DNA of 64,000 nt, taken from contig CM060732.1 of assembly GCA_030704615.1 (NCBI GenBank), positions 14,074,001 through 14,138,000 on the forward strand, given 5' to 3'. The position numbers were made by a program, and so were the translations under genes. The notes under the pieces were generated by a model, which saw only the letters and a list, made by a program, of their open reading frames with translations, had not been told where the DNA came from and made no database searches. This document shows, piece after piece, positions 24,479 to 37,425 of this stretch (position 1 is its first letter; every line of letters begins with the position of its first letter). This DNA comes from Takakia lepidozioides (taxonomy: Eukaryota > Plantae > Bryophyta).

Positions 24479-25656
24479 TTTTGGGCCGTGCCCCTTTGCA
24501 CAAAACAAAATTGACAAAAAAAAAAGAAACTGGCAGAAGCTGCACTTACTTAGAACCTTCCCTCCATCATCCACATGGCTATTGAGGTAAAAGATTTCAA
24601 CGATTGAAGGTTTGAGTGATACACAGGTGTTGGATACGGTGCAACACACAAGTCGATGATATTCCCTGCAAACTTTTTGGTGGTACAATATACAGTCCCC
24701 TTTTTTCTGTAAAACAAAGAAAAAAAGCACTTACCACCCACCAAACCTTATGTCGAGTAGAGCAAGTGGATGCAGCAAGCCATTAAGAAAGTCTGGCATA
24801 GTCAGGGCTGCTGTACCATGGTTGCTGGTAGTTGTAGTCCTGTTTGCCTACTGCAGGGCAGGGCCATACACCTGGAAGTGCTATCATAGAGCTCTGTAGC
24901 TGCTGTACTTTGAAAGGTCTAGTACCCAGCTGCAGCATCCTGATTTTTCAAAGAGAAAGCAGGTGGTGGGCCAGACAAATGGTGTATTCAATGGCTTTCT
25001 TCCACCCTTCTCATGATTTTTATGACGACAGAGTGATGCTGAACCACATGGCTTCCAAACATACTTGGAAGTAGTGTGTATCGTCCACTGCTCTGTTTGC
25101 AGATTCCTCACCATCAAACAAAATCCTCTTCCCTCTAGTCAATTGTGACTGGTCATTAATCTAGTGAAGACTCTTACAGAAAGCAAACCATCCCATACAG
25201 GAAGGATGGGACAAACTTTTGTATCTGTGAAACAGTCAATGCATTCCTGTGCAGGTTTATAGATAGAAAGTACCCAATAGAAATGAGCATAGAACACCTG
25301 TCTGGACTAGAACGTTTCATCTCTACCATTCAGAACAGCCCAACAAATGGGAATATGCCTAAAAAAACCAATGAATAATCGTAGTGAAAGCCCCACACAT
25401 GCTGCCCATCTAGGTAATTGATGCGCCTGTTGGGGATGTGTGGATCCGACAAAACATAATCTCTGGATACAAGTCCTCGCAACCAATTCCATACAAATAT
25501 AGAACAAAACAGTCAAATTGATGTGAGAGGGCATAGAGCCACCAAATCCTTATACTTAAAGAAACCACAAACAACATGTATACAAACCACAATGTATGTC
25601 ACAGTCTACAAATGGTAAGGTGGTTGCTGAAGTGAACTATTAGAGGACATACAGTC

Positions 25657-28600
25657 TCAGAGTGACTGCTCTGATTGTGTCCAGCCACCCTCATTCTGCT
25701 CTGAGTTTGTCCAGCCATACTCCTTCAGCTCTGAGTGTGTCCAGCCATAAGTACGTGTCAGTCGTATCTGCAGAATACACCCAATTACTCTGAACTCTAA
25801 TTGGAAACTGAATCACACAAGACCGTCACCTCCTTTACCCTGCTCACAAAGCTTCTCTTTATAGTAACATGGCTTCTCTTCAAAAATCATCATTGTCACA
25901 GGTATGTTGGAAATCTGTTCAGCAAGCACACTCAGTCTTACAAAAAGAAGAACAGCTCAAAAGTAGTCGTAATCTTTCACCTGAGCAAATGCATAGATTG
26001 CACGCACCACCCTCGCGTAGTCAGTGCCAACAGACCTTATGACGACATCAGCCAGAAATGTACCCCACAATCTGTATTCAGAATTATTAAAATAGTCAGC
26101 GTTTATTATTATCACAAGTAATTATATATCTACGATACAGTTTCCAAGTAATACTCTGAGCATCTGCTCAGAACTGCCCCGGGATACTTTTAGAGACTCT
26201 ACACCAAGGGACCAGGGAGACATGGAGACAGGAAGAAGTGTCGGGGCACAAAGAAGACCTTGCTGTATGTTAATGCTGGCTCTAACCCAGACAATGATCA
26301 GGGTGTGTTGTAATCAGAGCATCCAAAATAAGACCGGTCATCCTTTCTTTGCCTCTTGTTCTCTATGTTTTGGTTGTATCCATGCCAACTGCAGAGATGG
26401 GAGTAGTAGGCACATACAAAGGCCCAAGCATCATCATGGTGCTTCTGACTGTCATGTAGCGTGCAGCTGCGCCTGCAAGCCCCTGATAAACAACAAGTGC
26501 CAATCAACAATAGAAGAGTTGAAGAACTTCTAGTAGGCCTTCGGTCATGCCTATGAGACAGTATTATCCATGTAGCCAGATGTATTTCCTCATCAGTCTG
26601 ACAGATCCTTGTGGCTGGTTCTAGAAAACATGGAATTAAGGCACCTCTAATACAGTTAAAATTTCTTTGGCAGTATTACCTAGGCAGTCCTTGACCGAAT
26701 GAATCCAATTAAGGGGGAAAATGACTCAGTTTTGGCCTTCTGAAATCAGACACCAACCGCAAATCTCACTCACCTACAGGTCTATTAGCAGAACCAATTC
26801 TTGCTATGACTTCCAACCTCCCCTAATCAATGGGCCTCTTAAAGGAACTTCTTTGTGAGCCTCTCCAGTGTTTCCAAGTTGCATACCTGTCTGGCTGTCA
26901 GCATCGCAACATGAGTTTCCAACTTGGCTGCCACTGCTTGACCTCCCTTTTCCATCCCATACAAAGCACTTTTATTAGAACAGGGAAAGTATTTACTTGA
27001 CATAATTTTTTAATCCCAAAAAGCAATGAAAGTTGAAACAGGAGAATAGCCCGCGTGCCATTCAGTGTAGGATAGACCAACCTCTAGAACCAACTCAACT
27101 CTGCAAAAACATTTACTCCCTGGCAGCATATTTGAAATGGAAGTATACACAACTGTAGTCCCATGTCTCAACATCCTACAACATAAAAAATGGGCCTGCA
27201 AGAGCATACTTTCACAACTGCCTCCTTGGCTAGCTGATACCGTGCTGTCTCCAGCAACACTTTTGCAGAGAGCTCGTTTGACACCTATCCCAATGCCAAC
27301 CATTATTCATGTCATGTTGGAAAAGCAACATATGCATAAGATGGGAGGGTATGCTTCTGTGTTACCTTTCACTCATTCTCTCATGCTTTTAGGCAGAGCT
27401 TATCTTTAATAGATCTCCCTGGATTTTACTCCAAAGATATTATTTCAGAGCCTGCTTATACTAATCATCCACTGCGTGGTAACTTAGCTTTCCGGTCAGG
27501 AAGTGTCTGTCTTTTTTACTTCTAGTACTCTTTTCATTTACTGCACCTATACATGCCCAATGCAGAAGGAATTCTAGGTCCTTAGGATCAATTGACTAAA
27601 AGGTTGTTGTTCAGAAGAAAACAAAGTGTTCTGTCTCTGTGTCTCTCTCTTAGCATCTGCCATGTGGGTTGGTTACTTCAACCATGTCAAATTTAAAATC
27701 CATTCAGCTTTTGGTGCTCAAAGAAAGCATTCAGTGTGCTCTAGAACAGCTAATGTGGCTGTTAGGGGTGAGTTATTCGTACCACCCTTGAGCTCTTGAC
27801 GTGATGAGTTCAAGGCCAGATAGGGGGGTCAGTTGAATCCAATGCCTAATACCAGATGATCAACTCTATTCTTGAAAGCAAGACCGTCCTGTTAAACATT
27901 CTAAGTCCCGGCGGCAAAAGGTAGAGGAGATTTTCAAGTTCCTGAATATTATACAGGAAGAACCGACGAACCTGACTTGGAGGCTGAAGTGTCTAAGGCC
28001 ATGTTGGAAGCACAAAGAATGTTCGAACAAAACAAAGATAGGCATAGAACTTCCTTGAACTGGTTTCCAGTTTGAGACATGGGTGAGGACCTTAAGGATG
28101 ATCTGAAGGGCCTCTACCCTCGGAACTAGACTGAAATTTGAACTCCGGGCGGGGGTGTCTACCTTGGAACAATAAACAGATACAGGGAGGAAAAGGAGAT
28201 TGTCCATGCATGATGTGCAGGCGGCCTGAAGGCAATATATATTTTCTAATACAATGGGGTATTCTCATCAGAGAACAATCCTCCTCAGGACCATCAAGAA
28301 CTGCACCTCTGTTCACCAACTTTCACAATCTCGAGGCTGAGCCTAAAGCCATAGTCCTGTTGGGGTCTAACGCTGGGCAGCTCACACACATCAGATCGAT
28401 GCTTGTGTGAAGGGCTTTCTAGAGGAAATCTGGAAAGCTAAAACTAATTGTTTATACCAAGGTAAGTCCCACTACTGGAGTGAGCCCCCGACAAAGGTAG
28501 TGTCTGTTCACTCCTGTTCCGCCCAAACTGGGTGTGGGTCTATGCCACAAGGCTACAGCGAAAAAATCTTACGAGTTCGTTCTCTCTTAGTATAGCTCTG

Positions 28601-31600
28601 ACTGAAGGACACAGATCCCTGGAAATTAGGGATCTGGCACTTAAAGCTTCAGTGCTTGCAAGATCTTCCTCATGCAAACCTGAGACCTCTCTCAATTCTG
28701 AGGTTTTCTAGAAGATGCCCCGAAATGCCAACTTGATTCCATTAAAAGGCTCGAGTTGGTGGCTCTTTAATGTGCATAATCTTTTTCCGTTGCACCTTTC
28801 CATGCCTCAAGGGTGTGGGGTAAAATTCAGTCTGCATATCTCAAGGAAGGAAGGCTCAACCAAATGGATGGGTGAAACTAGAGATTGACAGCCATGGCCT
28901 CTTCCTCAAGCAACACTCGAGTAGAGGGCATTAGCTAACAGGTTTTCCTTACTACATCCTCAAGCATTGATCTACATGCTAGAACTTTGAAAGGCTGTCA
29001 TGTTTGAATGTCATTTAGACTTTGCTCCATTATCCAATCTTTCTTGGTGTACATGGATAACAACTAGATGAGGCGAAAGAGGCCTCTACTATTCCTCACT
29101 GACCACCAACTGTTGTTTGTGGATTGGGAGGCTTCACCTTTGCCTTGATAGCTAGAAGTGGCTACTGTCTAATGGCTTTCTTCTCCCGACCTTGTTCATG
29201 AGGTTTGGTTGCTTGGCATAGAGTTTGGAAACCGCATGAAGGGTATTCTTTCAATATGATATGGTGTTAATGTCTATCATAGCTCTGAACATGTATTCAC
29301 CAGCTTTGGCTTTGGCTTGGGTAGTATCTGATGTGGTAGTCCTGTTTATCTAGTGCTGGACTATGATGGTGTTAAACTTCTCTCGTTGTCATCGGAGTTG
29401 GTCTCTATTTCCTCCCCACCCGACCACACTAGAGGTACACTGAAAATAAAAAGAGATTGTAATATATGATGGGGCCTGTTTCAGTCATTGAAATTCTTGA
29501 CTGATTTTGTATGAATATCCTCTGTGCATCTGTCTATAGAAAAAAGGCTCCAGCCAAAGTGAGCTTAAATGAGAGCTACTTCCCTTGCAGGTATGGCCTC
29601 CCTGTCGAGGGAAGAACAGCTAATGTGGCTGTTTGCGGCGAGTTTGAGATAATCGACGCTATCTCTTGGAAGCAAGACCGTCCTGTTAAACAGGCTCAGT
29701 CTTGGCGGAGAAGGGTAGAAGAGATTTTAAAGTATCTGAATATTAATCCAGAAGAATTGACCCTACTAGATGCAGCTGACCTGGAGGGGGTTGTGTCCAA
29801 AGCCATGTCTGATGCCCAAAGTCTGTCCGATGAAAATGGAGTGAGGCATAAAACTTCCCTGAACTTGTGCCCAGTCTGATACATGGGCGAGGACCTTAAG
29901 GATAATCTCAAGAGCCTACCTATCCTCGGGACTGGACTAAAATTTAAACTCAGGGCAGGAAGCCTACCTTGGAACAATAAACAGATGCAGAGAGGAAGAG
30001 GAGATTGTAATTGTCTGACATGTGGGCAGCCTGAAGACAATATCCATTTTCTGATCCATTGTCCGGGATACTCACACCAGAGGGCGATCCTCTTGACGAT
30101 CAAGAACATTGTCCCTGCACCTCTATTCACCGACTTCCAAAATCTTGAGGCTGAGCCAAAAGCCCTGGCCCTCTTGGGGTCTAATTGCTGGGCAGCTCAC
30201 ACACAGCAAGTTGATGCTTGTGTGAAGGGCTTTCTAGAGGATATCTGGAAATCCCGAACTAATTGTCTTTATCAAGGTAAGTCACACTACCGGAGTGAGC
30301 CCCTCACAAAGGTAGTTTCTGCTCCCTTTTGTTAAACTGGGTGTGGGGTCGATGGCCACAAGGCTACGGCAAACGACGTCTTGTGAGTACACTCTCTCTG
30401 CATTTCTCTCCCTGTCCTCTAGGAAGCCTATTGACATTGGGTGGACTTGAAACGGGAGTACATTAATGTCTCTGTGACTAAATGCCGGCCTTGTGACCTC
30501 GTGTCCTTGTTTGTTTCGACCTGAAGCGCTTTGCTTCAGGTAAGGTAGTGCATTGGATTTAGTTGGAAAGCTTGGGGCCTTTCCCTCTTTAGAATATGCC
30601 TACATGGGCCATTCCCTGCAACTCCCTGGAGTGTGATCTCTGAATGGTAAAAGCGGACTCCTACCGCTTGGGGGCAGCCCCTCCGCCCAAATTGGGCAGT
30701 CGTATGCTCTGTCTAGCATACTCGGCACTTGGGCTCGGGTTGGTTCCTGTGCTTAAACTTATGGCCTGCGAAAACAATCAAAAATTTAGCTCCTATCAAC
30801 ATCAACACTCCTCAGGGTGATCCCTGGGAATTGGTTACTTATGCCAAATCTAGGGCTTCATGTGTAGTTTTTGGGGTGAGTCCCAGGATGGACGATGTGT
30901 CCTTTAAAACTACATGCTCTAGCTTAGGCTTGGATTTCATGGCTAATGGTACCATCTCGAGACTTGATAACAGGGGTACGTTGAAGGTTGCAATGACCAA
31001 AAGTGCTTCTAATAGAGTCCCGCATCAATTCAATCTTAAAGAAGTTCGTCCCTTGACTGGCTGGAGAGCGGTCTTAGACATTGGTGATTCAATGGGGCGC
31101 TCTAGGAAGACAACCAAGGGCAACAACTTCAACTTGAGAGTTTCTAATCGGTTTGATGCTCTGGATGAGGTTGAATCCAAACAGCCAGAAGGACAAGATG
31201 CCCCTAAGTGTACGGAACCTGAACGTCCTGAATCTGAAGTATTTGGTACTCTGAATGGTTTACCAATCCTCAAGGTTTACACAAGACGAACAAATTCTAT
31301 ACACGGGGAAATTGTCCCCAAGCCGTCAGATGGACAATCTGTCCCTAAGTGTGCAGAGCCTGAACGTCGTGTAACTGAAGGATTTGGTACTCTAAATGGT
31401 TTACCAATCCTCAAAGTCTACACAAGACGAGCAAAATCTATACACGGGGTAATTGTCCCCAAGCAGTCTGACGGACAATCTGCCCCTATGTGTGCGGAGC
31501 CTGTGCATCGTGTAACTGAAAGATTTGGTACCCTGAATGGTTTACCAATTCTCAAAGTTTACACAAGACGAGCAAAACCTACACATGGGGTAACTGTCCC

Positions 31601-34600
31601 CCCTTTGCAGAACGGTTGGCCATCCAGGAGCAATCACAAGCTACCTAGACGACAAACAACTCACACGCAAAGGGCTGGCTTGCGGCTGGCCACTTTCAAC
31701 TTCTCAGGGTTGACCAACCAAAGGAAACAACTTGAAGTGGGACAAGTTCTTCGGACTAATGATATTCATATCTGTGCTGGGCAAGAAACATGGGAAACGT
31801 CGGATAAACTGGTTGGAGATGTCATTGGTTAAAAATGGGCAGGTAAGATGTGTACTCTCAAGGCAGCCTCTGCCAAACGCGGTCAAAAAGGGGTCGGATT
31901 CTTTGTCCGTGATTTCTTGTTTGACAATTGTGAAATTATCAACAAGGGTTTGAGGTACGACGTAGTATCTGGCTAAAACTGAATTTGAAGGGCGGCATGA
32001 GTACAAAGGACCTCTTTGTTGGTTGTGTTTACATGCCCACAGAGGGGACCCTTAGTGCTGACGCAGACAAGGCCTTCGAAGATGTAAAGCTGGACTGTGC
32101 TTCGTTCCTTGCCAAAGGTCAGGTGGTACTATTGGGGGACTTCAATGCCCGGGTGGGCAAAGGGATCCATCAGGACGATATCATTGGACCTTTTGGTGAG
32201 GACGAGCTGAATTCTAATGGCAGACGGTTAATTAACTGTCTAGAAGAGCTTCAGCTTTTGACCTTGAATAACAGGACAAGAGGTGACCAAGTGCAGTGGA
32301 CTCGTGAGAAACCCCAAACTGGGGAACGTTCCATTGTGGACTATATCATAATGGACAAAATTTTGTTCCCCCAGTGTGCCAATGTGTTGATCGACAGAAC
32401 TGATATTGGTACCTCTGACCACTTCCTGGCTTGGACTGAGATCAAAAGGTGTTTTCCCACCACCAAGAGATCTGTGAAACGTTCGATTCGGAAGTGGCGC
32501 ATAGAAAAATTCCACAATGAGGAGGTCAAGGCTGAGTACGTCCAGGCCTTGCAAGAGGCTCTCCCTCATTTTGTCCAATCGCTCCAAGAACTTCAGTCAC
32601 GCTCTGTTAACGCAAGAAATGAAGTCGAAAGAGCAGTGGACTCTTGGGAGAGTTTCGTTTCCTCCGTGGCTGACAAGATCATTGGGAGGAAACTAATTGT
32701 CTGCGGTAGAGCAGTTAATTGGTGGACTAATGAGATTAAACTCAAGATAGCTGAGAGACGAGCCCTCTATAAAGAGTGCTGCAATTTGGAAACCAGCAGA
32801 GAATTGTGGGCGAGGTACTACCAGCTCCGTAAAGATATCAATCAGCTTGTTAGGTCTCAGAAGAAATTATACTGGGACAAGTTATGCAGTGAAATAAACT
32901 CAAACCACCATGGTGGTAATGACAAGAAATTCTGGTTGGCCCAGTGGGGGTGCTTAAGGAGTGTATGTCAGCATGCTCCAAAACAGCCAATGTGGCTGTT
33001 CGGGGTGAGTTTGGCATTCCGTCCTTAAGCTCCCGACGAGATGAATTCAAGGTCAGATGGTGGGGTCAGCTGCAACATATGCCCAACACCAGATATCCTA
33101 AGTTAATCGACTCTATATCTTGGAAACAGGACCGCCCTGTCAAACAGGCTAAGTCCTGGCAGAAGAGAGTAGAAGAGATCCTCAAGGACCTGGACCTGGA
33201 TTCGCAAGTCTTGACCCTGCTGGATAAATCTGACTTAGAGGCTGTAGTGTCCTCAGCCATGTCTGTTGCCATGAGATTGTCTGATGAAAATGAAGTTAGG
33301 CAGAAAACTTCCCTGAACTTGTTTCCAGTCTGTGACATGGGGGAGGACACCTTGGATGACCTCAAGGGTCTACCCACTCTCGGCACTAAACTGAAATTTA
33401 AACTCAGGGCAGGAAGCCTACCTTTGAACAGCAAACAGAAGCAGAGAGGAAAGGGAGAGTGCAATTGCCCGTTGTGTGGGCAATCTGAAGACAGTATTCA
33501 TTTTCTGATACACTGTCCGGGGTTCTCTCACCAAAGAGACGCTCTCTTCAAATCTATTAAGGGAATTGTGCCTGTACCCCTGTTTACCAACTTTGAAAGT
33601 CTCGAGGCTGAGCCAAAAGCCCAGGCCCTCCTGAGGCCTAGTTTTTGGGCAAATCACACACAGCAGATTGATGCTTGTGTGAAGGGATTTCTAGAGGATA
33701 TCTGGAAAACCCGGATTAATTCTTTATATGGAGGGAAGTCTTACTACCAACGTCAGCCCCTGACAGAGGTAGGTTCTGTCCCTTTTGTTCCCGCTCAAAC
33801 TGGGCGCGGGGTCAATGGCCACAAGGCTACGGCAAACAACGTCTTATGAGTACAATCTCTCTGCATTTTACCCCAAAAAGACCGGGTCCAAAGGTCAGGG
33901 ATGAAATCCCAAGTGGATAAAAAACTAGAACTTGAAAACATTGTTACTTGCTGATCTAGTCAATAAAAGCGTGGTTTTGAACAATCAGTGAGACTGATTA
34001 GCTTACAAAGCGCTGCAGGGTAGACATGGTCATTGCACTGCCTCCCTGCACACAGAACAAATGGTGTAGTAGTCATTGGTCATGGCAACTGTTCAATGTA
34101 AGATGCATTCGTTGTATATCTTGATGCAAGCAATGGGATAATTACACAATATCCCATCAAGTATTTCTTGCAGATTATGGTGTGAACATTGTATCTGATC
34201 GTATATAATACAATTATGATTGAACGGACGCGAATTACCTCAAGAATGATTTTTGGACAGTCCTACAGTCCTACACAATAATACATAACAGATATAACAA
34301 ACAGCACATCAGGCCACAGCAATTCATTAGCAACTGAACCATGACACTGAGTTTGTTCTTGGTGCCATGTACCCAATGACACTGACGAACTCATCAAAAT
34401 ACTTTTCCTCAATTTGTAAGGTACCCAATTGGCAGCTTCACACCTTAAGGGCAACAGAAAGGAGCTCCTCGCTGCCAAGGCGGATGGTCGCCAATACATT
34501 GCCAGGCCACTGCCCAGCTTTTGCCCTCTCAATGAACTCCATATATGGCACTCTCCATGGTTTTCTGGGCTCATTCTTGGGCTGGCTGCATGGTCATGCA

Positions 34601-37425
34601 GTAGACAATTCCACTTTGTGAGTCTAGATACTGTTGCCAACTCATCTGAGATACAAAAAGAAAACATGCTAACAGAAGAAGAGCTAGACCAGCCATTAAA
34701 ACTACTCTAAACCCTCTGATGAACAAGTGGGACCCAAAGAGGCTACTCACACTGGAAACTGGGCTCAAGTTCAGCCTGAGTAGTTTGCCTACGTCTGTAC
34801 AGTAGGGTAACCCAGCCGTGAGAAGGCAACTCACGTGTCCAATCAATGAACTTGATGTTGTGAATAGAAACTGTTTATCTGAGGAACTACAGTTATTACA
34901 CCATTCTGGGGACAATACTCCCATAAATCTGATGCTATCAATAAGCAGTTTCTTCAGGAAACCAGGAAGTTCAGAATCATGACCAATTTTACATCTAACT
35001 CCCACTATTAGAACAAGCCTTCTGGACTGTAAACTCTGTATCAATTCCCTGAGTTCCAGAACCTTAAGACAAGGCTCAAAAGCTGTTGCCCACCTTTGCA
35101 TCTCAATTCTGGGGAGATTACTTCAATAAGTTTGATGCTATCGATCCAGTCAGATCCTAAATTTACTCTCAATACTGTGCGAGTGCGAGTACCTCGAATA
35201 ATCCTGAAGTAAATGCAGAAAGATTTCGGCTTCCATGTCTTCAGTTGACAAGCTCAGTGAACAGGCAACATGGAGTTTCCTCCTCACCCGCAATAAAACA
35301 TCCCGATATGTTGGCCTCCTCCCACTGGCAGCCACATACACCCGCTAACTTTCATTGAACAAAGCAATAAAGAAGTAATTGGCTCTTCCAGAACATTCCT
35401 TGTGAGGAGCAATCCCAAAACCTGTCATCCGACAGAAAACTTGGACTTTCTGAAAGAATTGCCATGATAAACCGTGATAAATTCCCACACAAGGATTGGA
35501 AGCTCTTGTGAGTAACATGCCTTGGTTGTGATGGCGATTTGGGAGCCGATGCCTTCTGTGCATAGTAGAAAAGCATTGAAATGTTAACAAGCACAAATTG
35601 GAGAGAAGGAACATACACAGATTTGCCACTACATGGAAGGGCTAATGAGTGTACAAGAAACTACAGGCATCACAACTGAGCCACTCATACATGGTAACTG
35701 CATTCCTTGTTCACCTAAGAGTGGCCTTGGCATCAGCAGCTAGGAACAGGAAACGTGATTCCAAACGTTCCATCAGTGCATCTCGGCCTTTGTGCTTGTG
35801 CTCCTGCATAGTGTCTGCAATGCTGCCCCTGCTGGACCCATCTCCTGGTGCCACTGACTTCAGCAGCGGGCTCAGCAGGCTGCCATCACCAACACTGATG
35901 TCAGCCAATCTAATTTTCCAGTAACCTCTCTCCAATAATCTCTCCTCTGCCACATACTCTCCATTCAAACCAAGCGTCAAAGTCTCTCAGAGCAAGAAAA
36001 TGCAATGTCATGGAACAGCATAAAACCTGGGGTGAATGAACTGCGTACCCCATGTAGCACACGGCCAAGCTTCAGGTATACCAGAAAACCAGTTGTCCAT
36101 GCAAACCAAAAGGGTAAATATCTGCTTCTACAAGTTCTCACCCAATCAGGAGGCAAATTACTTACGAAGAACATTAATGTGGACAAGCAGTGGTAAGACT
36201 GAAAACAGTGAGGGTGAGGGGAAACACCTCTGACCATAGAGAATGTTCGATAGTTCAAACAGCTCAGCATCACTGGCCAGCTCCAGCACAGAGTGTAGCT
36301 CTGGATCGAATGCAGCTGCATGCACCATATGAAATTTAGGGCAAGAACATAGGGACACCCAGTGCAGGGAATAAACGCCACTTCCAGGCACCACCATAGG
36401 GATCTAACAGAAGATGATCCTTCCTCCACAATTGGAGGGGGGAGGGGCGCAGGTCATAGGCCACTAACTTCCTAGCACTGGCAATCCACTGGATCCAACT
36501 CCTGCCCATAATTGAAAAAGGAAGCAGGAGCCAAGAAAGGGAGGGGTTGATTGAGAGAGACAAAGAGGTCGAGAGGAGTTTTTACCAAGTTACCTATGGT
36601 GGATCCAGCTGGCCATGAAGGAGTCACTCCTCCAGGTCTGCTTGCTTGAGATTTATGCACAGGACTGGGCAGTTTCAGTGGTGTTCCACAGAAGTTCGCC
36701 CTCAATTTGCAAACCTGCAGCACAGACTTCCCGGAGTTATTGCAATTACCATTTATCTCAATTTTAAGGTGTTGACACATTGCATTTTGGTAATCAATTC
36801 TTTTTTTAAAGAAGTGATACGTCATGAACGAAAATCAGAACATTTGGTTCCTTCAAACAACACCTGCGGTGCAGTATAGCCTGTGTGGGTGATATTTAGG
36901 TCCAAATCGAACAAAGTGCAGAGGTGCCCCGGCAGTGGAGGCTAAGCTTAGTAAAGAAACGCAAGTTCATCAATCCTGCCACTGACATTGCCACGCACAA
37001 TCTGGACGATAAGCTGTCCAGTTTTCCCCAAATGAAGGCATATTTTTCAATCCTCGGTGCCGGGCAGTTTCCGAATTGACTGCTTCTCCTTCGCATTGGA
37101 GCTCAGAAGTGGCGGATGAGATTAACCCTACTTCAATTTTCCAATAATTGTTCCGACGCCATTATGAACAGCTGAAACAAGGCAGGTTCCGAATATAGAA
37201 AATCAATTCCTCCAAAGTGTAATCTGCAAGATAGTCTTGAGGAGGGAACACATCGCTGAAAAAAGGAGAGGCAGAGAATCCCACCGGACTTTCCAATTCC
37301 AAATGCCGCATGCCATACAATCCCAGGTACATGCGCACATTGGGCGCACACTGCGGTATCCTGCGCAACTCGCCGCAGGGCAATGGTGAAGGCCCCAGCC
37401 TGCCCTGCAGCACCATGGTGGCCAT
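25657..37425 (-). CDS. YaaW-family / At1g73470-like protein (~380 aa, probably plastid-targeted), ~11 exons
   Basis: Phase-consistent GT-AG exons: 37425-37339 (tentative), 36403-36228, 35879-35715, 35324-35193, 34585-34444, 34045-34007, 27284-27210, 26946-26887, 26482-26418, 26071-25981, 25767-25657. Peptides FDPELHSVLELASDAEL, LESRFLFLAADA, LSTEDMEAEIFLHLLQDY, LWGTFLADVVI..GTDYARVVRAIYAFAQIRLTRTY match the conserved plant/cyanobacterial family (recalled). Confidence 0.88.
27657..28580 (+). mobile_element. 5'-truncated, decayed APE-type LINE (3' end), copy 1
   Basis: Homologous to 32940-33855; flanked by 13-bp TSD TCTCTCTTAG(C/T)AT at 27644-27656 and 28581-28593. Confidence 0.82.
29610..30392 (+). 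mobile_element. 5'-truncated LINE (3' end), copy 2
   Basis: TANVAV.GEF, WKQDRPVKQA and KFKLRAGSLP...CLTC...EDNIHFLIHCP match copy 3; same 3' UTR ending in a TC tract. 5' boundary uncertain (may extend to ~29530). Confidence 0.85.
30406..33855 (+). mobile_element. Near full-length APE-type LINE (RTEX/L1-like) lacking the RT domain, copy 3
   Basis: Long N-terminal region running into an AP endonuclease (TFNFSGL, GQETW, CVYMP, LGDFNAR, IVDYI, TSDH), then the linker WWTNEIK...KKFW joined at ~32940 directly to the C-terminal TANVAVRGEFG and CPLC...EDSIHFLIHCP domain. No YADD/FADD. 13-bp direct repeat TCTCTCTGCATTT at 30393-30405 and 33856-33868. Confidence 0.85.
31190..31600 (+). repeat. Three in-frame 141-bp (47-aa) tandem repeats in the LINE N-terminal region
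   Basis: TGGTAC(T/C)CT.AATGGTTTACCAAT at 31244, 31385 and 31526; peptide P(K/M)C.EP...FGTLNGLPILKVYTRR. Confidence 0.9.
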
